A stretch of DNA of 24,000 bases from Achromobacter phage JWAlpha. Shown in pieces: positions 14,000 through 20,867 of this stretch. The stretch is taken from sequence record KF787095.1. One strand, written 5' to 3'. The notes beneath the pieces were generated by a model. That model was given only the letters and a program-made list of their open reading frames with translations, was not told where the DNA came from and ran no database searches. Every line of letters starts with the position of its first letter. Position 1 is the stretch's first letter. Position numbers and translations under genes: made by a program.

Positions 14000-16537
14000 A
14001 TGATCGTTACTCATGAAGATACCAACATCACCCACGTCGCCATGGGTGGCCTGGAAGCCATCGAGTGCGGCATCACTGGTGATGCTCACTTCATGCACAT
14101 GTTGTCTGCGTCCTTGTACAAGGACCAGAAGCTGGCGATGGTTCGTGAAGTGGCCTGCAATGCCTGGGACGCTCACATCATGGTCAGCAAGACTGACCCC
14201 ATCGAGATCACTCTCGACAACGAAGAACTGATCATCAAGGATTTCGGTCCTGGCATTCCTCACGACAAGATCGGCCCAATCTACGGCGTCTATGGAGCCA
14301 GTACCAAGAAGAACGACGGCAAACAAACTGGTGGCTTCGGCCTCGGTTGTAAGTCGCCCTGGTCCTACACGGACACGTTCGAGGTCATCTCGTGCAATGA
14401 TGGCAAGAAGTCCATCTACCAGATGACCAAGTCGGCCTCTGAACTGGGTGGCAAGCCCAGCATCAAGCCCATCGTTGTGGGCATCCCCACGACGGAAACC
14501 GGTATCACCGTCAAGATTCGTCTGAAGTCGCCTCACGACTCCGGCGAGATCATGAGCAAGCTGAAGGAAGTGCTGTATTACGGCGGCATCCCCTGCATGC
14601 TCAACGGCAAGATGGCTCCGTCCATCGACTACGACTCCATGAAGAACAAGTGGATCGTTGCCAACCATCTGGAATCGAACCACAACAAGTCCATGTTGCA
14701 GGTTCGTTATGGCAATGTGGTCTATCCGATCACGGCCCATCCGGCGTATGAAGAACAGCTGCGGCCTATCTTCAAGTTCATGAAGACGCTGCCGGAAAAC
14801 ACCCTCAAGTACGTGATGGTGTTCCAGGCTGATCCCGACACGTTGGCCCCGACTCCGAGCCGGGAAGAACTGTCGATGATTGACATGACCGTCGAAACTC
14901 TCAAGGGACTGCTGCAATCGTTCGTCTCCGAACTGAAGCAGGACGGCGAGAAGCTGACGGTTGAACGTGCACTGCATCGCATTCGTGCGGCAGGTACTGC
15001 CAACGTGAACAGCATCACCTCTCTGGAGATGTCTGTGCCAAAGCGACTGGGTGATCCTCTGTTCCACAACAGCGGGTATTACTCGTCTAAGCTTCATCGC
15101 CCTATCACCGAATTGGGCGACTTGGCTGACCTGTCGCTGGATACGACGTATCCCGGCACGTACATGCCCGGCTTCCGCAAGATGGACATGACGACTCGCT
15201 TCGAGATCATCAAGGCCAAGCTGAAGGACATCTGGAACCAACGGCTGATGAAGTCCTGGGAGAAGGCGTTCTATTCGTCCTTCTCCGGCGAAAGCAAGCA
15301 GCAGAAGCAGTGGCTCACTCGTGAGATCACTGGCTGGATGGTCGGCAAGATGTTGAACCATACCAAGGAAATGAAGGCTGAAAACCTGCACATCCTGGGT
15401 CAAGGCACTCGCATCAGCTACTACGGCTCCAACCGTGGTATACGCGAACTGGCCCATGAAGTGGTCAGCATCAACGCATTCCATCCCACCACGTTCTTCC
15501 ACATGCTCCCGTTCCTGACGGGGCGGGTGATCTTGACGTACAGCCGGACCACAATCTCGGCCCGTATGTGGAACCACAAGGACTATGCGCAGTCTAGCCG
15601 TGGCGTCGGTAGCTTGATCTACGTGGTTCCCCGCTCTGCTCGCATGGTGGATGAGGCCACAGCATTCTTCACCAAGTATGGCTTCACTGTCATTGACATG
15701 CTGGAGATTCATGATTGGGAGAACGAATGCTTCAAGCCGAAGAAGCGTGTGCCTGCTGACCCGGCAAAGCCCAAGGTCAAAAAGGTAAAGAAGACAGGCT
15801 ACCTGTGCTTCGGTGCCTCCATGCTTAACGGCAACTTCAATCCATATGAGCATGCCCGGGACAATCCTGAAGCTGCTCGTATTGAGAAGCCGGAGTATTA
15901 CCTCCGGCTGAAGCCGAAGGATCGACATGGCTACGACTTCTCAGTCGGACGCTTTGACCGTGCAGCTTCGTCCCTGATCTGCCAACTGTATGGGCATCTC
16001 GGTGCCATCATCCAGAAGGACGCTCAAGAAGAAGAGATGATCAAGCAAGGCATCCCTGAAGTGGATGTGTGGGTGTTGGACCGAATCTTCAAGGAGATGA
16101 AGACCAACAAGCGCATCCGTGAGTTGGTGTCGTACAAGTTCAGCAAGCTTGATCTTGGTTCGCTTTCTGTCATGTCATTCCTCCGGAATGATGATGAACT
16201 GGCGAACACGTATGGCTTGGTCTACGACACGCACATCCGTGACGAAAAGGTGCACAACCTGTATAAGCATCTGGCTCGTCACTTCACCGACAAATGGGGC
16301 GTGTTCCGTCACATTCCGGGCAACACTGATCGTGTCGAGCAATGGGGTAAGTTGTCCCAGGTGCTGGATGCAGTCGAGCCTGCCCCCCATCTCGTTTCAT
16401 TGGCTCAGAAACTGGATGGAAACCTTGCAGTTGAGCTGTTCAATACGGATGCCGCAAGCAACCTGTTGAACGCAAAGGACACACCTCCGGAAGTCAAGGA
16501 CAAGGTGCGTCAAACCCTCATCAACGCCATTGGCTAA
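14000..16537 (+). CDS. rIIA: rIIA-like protein (GHKL-type ATPase domain)
   Basis: 845 aa. 'VREVACNAWDAHI', 'LIIKDFGPGI', 'YGASTKKNDGKQTGGFGLGCKSPW' are GHKL ATP-binding motifs as seen in T4 rIIA-like proteins; followed by an rIIB-like gene. Confidence 0.85.
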   Translation: MIVTHEDTNITHVAMGGLEAIECGITGDAHFMHMLSASLYKDQKLAMVREVACNAWDAHIMVSKTDPIEITLDNEELIIKDFGPGIPHDKIGPIYGVYGASTKKNDGKQTGGFGLGCKSPWSYTDTFEVISCNDGKKSIYQMTKSASELGGKPSIKPIVVGIPTTETGITVKIRLKSPHDSGEIMSKLKEVLYYGGIPCMLNGKMAPSIDYDSMKNKWIVANHLESNHNKSMLQVRYGNVVYPITAHPAYEEQLRPIFKFMKTLPENTLKYVMVFQADPDTLAPTPSREELSMIDMTVETLKGLLQSFVSELKQDGEKLTVERALHRIRAAGTANVNSITSLEMSVPKRLGDPLFHNSGYYSSKLHRPITELGDLADLSLDTTYPGTYMPGFRKMDMTTRFEIIKAKLKDIWNQRLMKSWEKAFYSSFSGESKQQKQWLTREITGWMVGKMLNHTKEMKAENLHILGQGTRISYYGSNRGIRELAHEVVSINAFHPTTFFHMLPFLTGRVILTYSRTTISARMWNHKDYAQSSRGVGSLIYVVPRSARMVDEATAFFTKYGFTVIDMLEIHDWENECFKPKKRVPADPAKPKVKKVKKTGYLCFGASMLNGNFNPYEHARDNPEAARIEKPEYYLRLKPKDRHGYDFSVGRFDRAASSLICQLYGHLGAIIQKDAQEEEMIKQGIPEVDVWVLDRIFKEMKTNKRIRELVSYKFSKLDLGSLSVMSFLRNDDELANTYGLVYDTHIRDEKVHNLYKHLARHFTDKWGVFRHIPGNTDRVEQWGKLSQVLDAVEPAPHLVSLAQKLDGNLAVELFNTDAASNLLNAKDTPPEVKDKVRQTLINAIG

Positions 16538-16546
16538 GGAAATACC

Positions 16547-18151
16547 ATGCAGCAGAAAATCGATCCGTTCCTGGTTGTCGCCTTCATCCTGACGACCACC
16601 GAACTGACCCTCTATTCGCCCACCGGCGAATCCCGTGTGATCAAGCAGGGCGATCCTCGTGTCGCCCGTCTGGTTCACGACCTCCAACCTGTGATGGCCG
16701 TCGGCGGCCAGCTGGAAGTGGAACTGGGCGAGAAGCCCGAAGCCCTCGTCACCGTCCAAGACGTGGCGGAGCAGAAGGACCACACCAACTACTACGGCCA
16801 AGCAGAAGCCCAATCGAACGGCGTGGTCAAGTTCTTCCGTATCGCCCGTTCGGCTGTGCGCAAGTTCTTCGGCAAGCAGACCGAGCCGGTCGTTCCCGTG
16901 TCGGTGCCGGAAATCCTGGAACCCACCCAAGGTGGCGTCATCCCGGTTCCGGTCACGACCCAGGAAGAACAGCACAAGGAAGCCATTGCCGAAGTCATGG
17001 CCAACGCCATCCCGGCATCGTCGCCCAAGTTCTCGGTGCCGGAAGGTGCTGAAGCTGACGACGCCACGGGTGACACCCTGGTGGCCGTGGTCGGCGATAC
17101 GCTGATCCCGAACGTGGAAGCCTTGGCTCCCCAGATCAAGCATGCCGTGAAGTCGAACTCGACCAAGGGCGTGCAGCGTCTGATGGAACGTGTGGCTACC
17201 GTCGCCAAGAAGCGTGGCCACTCGGTCGAAGACCTGATGAAGTTCATGCAGATCGGCGACCTGCCGGTCAACGACAACGGCGACCTCGTGGTCTTCAAGG
17301 CGTTGAAGACCAAGAACTTCGGTGATCGCTTCGACCACCGCTTCAAGTGGGCCGACATCCACTCGGGCAACGTCCCCCAACGTCTGGGTAGCTACGTCTA
17401 CATGGACGAATCGCTGGTTGACCCGGATCGTCGTCAGGACTGCTCGAATGGCCTGCACATCGCCAGCCGTTCGTACCTGTCCGGTTTCCGTGGCGACGTG
17501 TGCGTCATCGCACTGGTTCGCCCGGAAGACGTCATCGCTGTGCCGGAATACAACCACAACAAGATGCGGGTCTGCGGATATCACATCGTGGCTGAACTGA
17601 CCAGCCAGCAGTACAACAAGCTACTGAACAACCAGACGTTCACCGACGACGAAGAAGGTCAACTGCTGCTGGGCCGGATCATGGAAGGGAAGCATATTCC
17701 CGTCACCAACAAGGTCCGCATCACCGCCCAACGTGGCGGCGGCATCCAAATCGAAGAACTCGACAAGGATGAACAGCAGCCGACGACCCAGCCGGAAATG
17801 GCTCCGGTCCCGGAGAAGCCCACCAAGGCTCCGAAACGTAAGGCGGTGTCCCTGGATAACCCCCGGGTGCCGAAAGCCGCTCCTGCGGCCCGTAGCAAGC
17901 CCCAGAAGCCCACTGCGGCACCTGTGGACGTCAAGGCTGTGGCCCAAAAGGCCAAATCCCTGAACCAAGGGAGCCAATCGGAACAAGCTGCTGCACTGTA
18001 CTCGGCAGTGGTTGACGCCAAGACCAAGGGTGCCGAGAAGGAAGCCGCCCAAGCCCTGCTGGACTTCAAGAAGAAGGCCAAAAAGAGCTGGACGGTCCTG
18101 GGTCTGGCCTCCACCACGGGCGAAGATTTGGCTGAACTGCTGGCCAAATGA
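16547..18151 (+). CDS. rIIB: rIIB-like protein
   Basis: 534 aa. 'NGDLVVFKALKTKNFGDRFDHRFKWADIHSGNVPQRLGSYVYMDESLVDPDRRQDCSNGLHIASRSYLSGFRGDVCVIALVRPEDVIAVP' matches the rIIB-like core; adjacent to rIIA. Confidence 0.85.
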   Translation: MQQKIDPFLVVAFILTTTELTLYSPTGESRVIKQGDPRVARLVHDLQPVMAVGGQLEVELGEKPEALVTVQDVAEQKDHTNYYGQAEAQSNGVVKFFRIARSAVRKFFGKQTEPVVPVSVPEILEPTQGGVIPVPVTTQEEQHKEAIAEVMANAIPASSPKFSVPEGAEADDATGDTLVAVVGDTLIPNVEALAPQIKHAVKSNSTKGVQRLMERVATVAKKRGHSVEDLMKFMQIGDLPVNDNGDLVVFKALKTKNFGDRFDHRFKWADIHSGNVPQRLGSYVYMDESLVDPDRRQDCSNGLHIASRSYLSGFRGDVCVIALVRPEDVIAVPEYNHNKMRVCGYHIVAELTSQQYNKLLNNQTFTDDEEGQLLLGRIMEGKHIPVTNKVRITAQRGGGIQIEELDKDEQQPTTQPEMAPVPEKPTKAPKRKAVSLDNPRVPKAAPAARSKPQKPTAAPVDVKAVAQKAKSLNQGSQSEQAAALYSAVVDAKTKGAEKEAAQALLDFKKKAKKSWTVLGLASTTGEDLAELLAK

Positions 18152-18163
18152 CGTTAATATAGA

Positions 18164-18183
18164 GGCATCTTTTAGGAGATGCC
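18164..18183 (+). promoter_or_regulatory. Hairpin overlapping the Shine-Dalgarno of the HTH gene
   Basis: GGCATC-TTTTAGGA-GATGCC ending 3 nt before ATG 18187; most of the TAGGAG SD lies in the loop. Confidence 0.4.
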
Positions 18184-18186
18184 ACT

Positions 18187-18714
18187 ATGGCCAACGTAAA
18201 CCGACCGAACCGCAAGGCTTCGGATAGCGACATCCTCCGCATGAATTATGTGGGGATGTCCCTTGGCACCATTGCCAAGACTTTGGGGATTCACCCCACG
18301 ACTGTCACTCTGCGACTCCAGAATCTGGGGGTGTACCCGGCTGATACCCGGCGCACCTTCATGGAGAACGTCCTCAAGCCCATGCCTGAAGACGTAGCAG
18401 AGTGGCTTGCCGATCAACTCGGCCCCACCTATCAAATCCGTGAGTTCGTTCGTGACCTGCTTCAAGCGGCATACGACAAGCGGTTTGACAACCAAAGGAC
18501 CGCATATGAGCGACACCTTGCAAAATACGGCGGAGTGGTTCCGCCAAGCATCGCCCACACCTTCCGCCCAGAACCTGAGCACGCAGATGGGGGTGCACTT
18601 CGAGGAAGTCCGGGAAATGATCCTGGAACTGACGCCCCGGACTCCGGAAGCGGATGTGATCCTCAAGGCGGCGAATGCAGCCCTGGAGAACCTGCAAGCC
18701 CTGCTGAAGCGTGA
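18187..18714 (+). CDS. HTH-domain protein; C-terminal third overlaps the next gene out of frame
   Basis: 'SDSDILRMNYVGMSLGTIAKTLGIHPTTVTLRLQNLG' resembles a helix-turn-helix. SD TAGGAG upstream. Confidence 0.7.
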   Translation: MANVNRPNRKASDSDILRMNYVGMSLGTIAKTLGIHPTTVTLRLQNLGVYPADTRRTFMENVLKPMPEDVAEWLADQLGPTYQIREFVRDLLQAAYDKRFDNQRTAYERHLAKYGGVVPPSIAHTFRPEPEHADGGALRGSPGNDPGTDAPDSGSGCDPQGGECSPGEPASPAEA

Positions 18715-18964
18715 TGCAACGGCCATCGGCGTGCATCCGGGTGATCACAAGCTGTTCCTGGACAGCCTCTGCGATCAGATCGTTACGGCGACTGGCGTCG
18801 GAACTTTCTTCGGGATGGATGTCCCCGGAGCGATGGCCGAGGTCAACGCCTCGAACTGGTCCAAGTTCGTGGATGGCAAGCCCATCCGTGATCCGGACAC
18901 GCAGAAGATTCTGAAGGGACCGGACTACTTCAAGCCGGACCTGACCAAGTATCTGCCGCAGTAA
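18506..18964 (+). CDS. MazG-like / PRA-PH superfamily nucleotide pyrophosphohydrolase
   Basis: The ATG at 18506 has SD AAAGGA. 'FEEVREMILEL...LFLDSLCDQIVTATGVGTFFGMDVPGAMAEVNASNWSKFVDGKPIRDPDTQKILKGPDYFKPDL' carries EExxE-like and ExxD-like helices and the NxSK...GK...KGPxxxxP tail of this family. Confidence 0.8.
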   Translation: MSDTLQNTAEWFRQASPTPSAQNLSTQMGVHFEEVREMILELTPRTPEADVILKAANAALENLQALLKRDATAIGVHPGDHKLFLDSLCDQIVTATGVGTFFGMDVPGAMAEVNASNWSKFVDGKPIRDPDTQKILKGPDYFKPDLTKYLPQ

Positions 18965-18973
18965 CAACACCAC

Positions 18974-18998
18974 AAGGCCACCCTTCGGGGTGGCTTTG
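18974..18998 (+). terminator. Probable weak terminator
   Basis: AAGGCCACCC-TTCG-GGGTGGCTTT followed by GTC. Confidence 0.65.
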
Positions 18999-19019
18999 TC
19001 ATTCCTGGAACCAAGAAAG

Positions 19020-20324
19020 ATGGATAAGTCCACAACTACCAAGCCGCTGAATGCAGACCAACAGGCGGCAGCGGAAGGGTTCTTCAAGACCCTTTTCGAC
19101 CCGAACGTCAAAGAGATGAACATCAGCGGCCCCGGTGGCGTGGGCAAGACCTATCTGATGGCCCACATCGTTGATGAAGTCATGCCTCAGTACCACGACG
19201 CATGCGGACTCATGGGCGTCAAGCCGGAGTTCGATGAAGTCGTGATGACGGCGACCACCAACAAGGCGGCGGAAATCCTGGCACAGTCCACGAGCCGTCC
19301 CACCTCCACGATCCAGTCCCACTTGGGGCTGACGATCAAGAACAACTTCCGTACCGGCGAATCCGACCTGATCAAGTCTCGTAACTGGTCCGTCAAGGAA
19401 CGCCAGATCATCTTCGTCGATGAAGCGTCGATGATCGACTCCAAGCTCCGCTCCTACATTCAGGAAGGGCAGAGCAAGTCCAAGATCGTGTACGTCGGCG
19501 ACCACTGCCAGCTGCCTCCAATCAAGGAAGGCATCAGCCCGGTCTACAACAACAACCTGCCGATGTTCCAGCTGTTGATACCCATGCGTACCGACCGTCC
19601 GGAACTGCTGGCGTTGAACCAACAGTACCGGGACATCGTGGAAGGCAAACGTGACTTCGGTGACATCAAGACGTGTCCCGGAGTTATCGACCATGTTGGT
19701 CCCGATGAGATGGAAGCTCTGCTGAAGACTCACTTCGATGGACCCAACAAGAACCGTGTGGTTGCCTACAGCAACAAGCAGGTTCTGCTGTACACGGACC
19801 ACATCCGTGACCAGCAAGGATTCCGTGGTGAGTTCGATGTGGGTGAAGAACTGGTGGTCAACCAGATGTACACCCGTGGCATGGATCGCATGTCCATCGA
19901 ACAGGAAGTCTCCATCACCAAGCGTTCGTCCATCACTCGTCAAGTTCGTATCGACGCCGACGTGTACATGGAAGTCCGTTCGGTCGATCTGGACACGGGC
20001 TATGGTGGCACGCTGACCGACGTGGAAATCCCCGTTGATCGTGAGTACCACGCTGCACTGGTCAAGTATTACGCCCGTGAGAAGAACTGGGAGCGTCACT
20101 TCTATCTGAAGGAATCGTTCCCCGATCTGCGAGCCAAGGATGCTTGCACGGTGCACAAGTCGCAAGGTTCTTCCTACGACACGGTGTTCATCGATCTGGG
20201 CGACCTGTCCACCTGCCACAACCCCTCGGTCGCTGCTCGCCTGTTCTACGTGGCCTTCAGTCGTGCACGTCACCGTGTTGTGATGTACGGCGAACTGGCC
20301 GAGAAGTACGGGCGCATTGTTTAA
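19020..20324 (+). CDS. SF1 DNA helicase (Dda/RecD-like)
   Basis: 434 aa. Walker A 'ISGPGGVGKTYL', 'TATTNKAA', DEAS box 'IIFVDEASMID', 'VYVGDHCQLPPI', C-terminal 'DACTVHKSQGSSYDTVFIDL...RLFYVAFSRARHRVV'. The ATG at 19020 follows GGAACCAAGAAAG. Confidence 0.9.
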   Translation: MDKSTTTKPLNADQQAAAEGFFKTLFDPNVKEMNISGPGGVGKTYLMAHIVDEVMPQYHDACGLMGVKPEFDEVVMTATTNKAAEILAQSTSRPTSTIQSHLGLTIKNNFRTGESDLIKSRNWSVKERQIIFVDEASMIDSKLRSYIQEGQSKSKIVYVGDHCQLPPIKEGISPVYNNNLPMFQLLIPMRTDRPELLALNQQYRDIVEGKRDFGDIKTCPGVIDHVGPDEMEALLKTHFDGPNKNRVVAYSNKQVLLYTDHIRDQQGFRGEFDVGEELVVNQMYTRGMDRMSIEQEVSITKRSSITRQVRIDADVYMEVRSVDLDTGYGGTLTDVEIPVDREYHAALVKYYAREKNWERHFYLKESFPDLRAKDACTVHKSQGSSYDTVFIDLGDLSTCHNPSVAARLFYVAFSRARHRVVMYGELAEKYGRIV

Positions 20325-20334
20325 AGGAGCCGAC

Positions 20335-20859
20335 ATGACGCAGTTGCAAGGAAGTATTCTCGACAACCTCACCAATGCAATGGGAATCATCAAGCTTCTC
20401 TTTGATGGTGAGATTCGTCGCTTGACCAAGATGCTTGACGAGATCGTGACCAGCAATGATCGCATCCGTCAATCGGCACCTTCAGCTGGCTTTCTGTTCA
20501 ACGGGAAGTTCCACAAGCGTAGCAATGCCAGCCGTGCACCGCTCGCTGGTGAACGCCAAACGCTTGATGAGCAGTTGTGGGACCAGATGGCAGAGTACCT
20601 TCGTGACACTGCTGCCATCATGATCGATATTCAGATGGTGAACCAAATGGCTCATCGTCTGGTCGGACCCTGCCAGACCATGCAAGACCTTCGTGATGCG
20701 CTGCCGGATTGTCTGGTAGCTCTGTCCGATGAAATCCAAGCACTGGAACGTACTCGTCCCGAGGCGTTCACCATTGCTGGAGATGAGCGAGGGATGCGGC
20801 AATTCCAGAAGATCAAACCTCTGATGGAAATGTATAGCGGAACTCGCTTGCTGTACTAG
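20335..20859 (+). CDS. Hypothetical protein, 174 aa
   Basis: The ATG at 20335 has strong SD AAAGGAG; 'MTQLQGSILDNLTNAMGIIKLLFDGEIRR...'. Confidence 0.75.
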   Translation: MTQLQGSILDNLTNAMGIIKLLFDGEIRRLTKMLDEIVTSNDRIRQSAPSAGFLFNGKFHKRSNASRAPLAGERQTLDEQLWDQMAEYLRDTAAIMIDIQMVNQMAHRLVGPCQTMQDLRDALPDCLVALSDEIQALERTRPEAFTIAGDERGMRQFQKIKPLMEMYSGTRLLY

Positions 20860-20867
20860 GAGACGCC

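Noticed and set aside
13982-15928. 648-aa minus-strand ORF
   Set aside because: Exactly opposite the rIIA-like gene, which has clear GHKL motifs. It is a shadow ORF produced by codon bias.
16397-17584. 395-aa minus-strand ORF
   Set aside because: Opposite rIIB-like gene; no plausible RBS or function.
18999-20465. 488-aa minus-strand ORF
   Set aside because: Opposite the SF1 helicase, which has complete helicase motifs.
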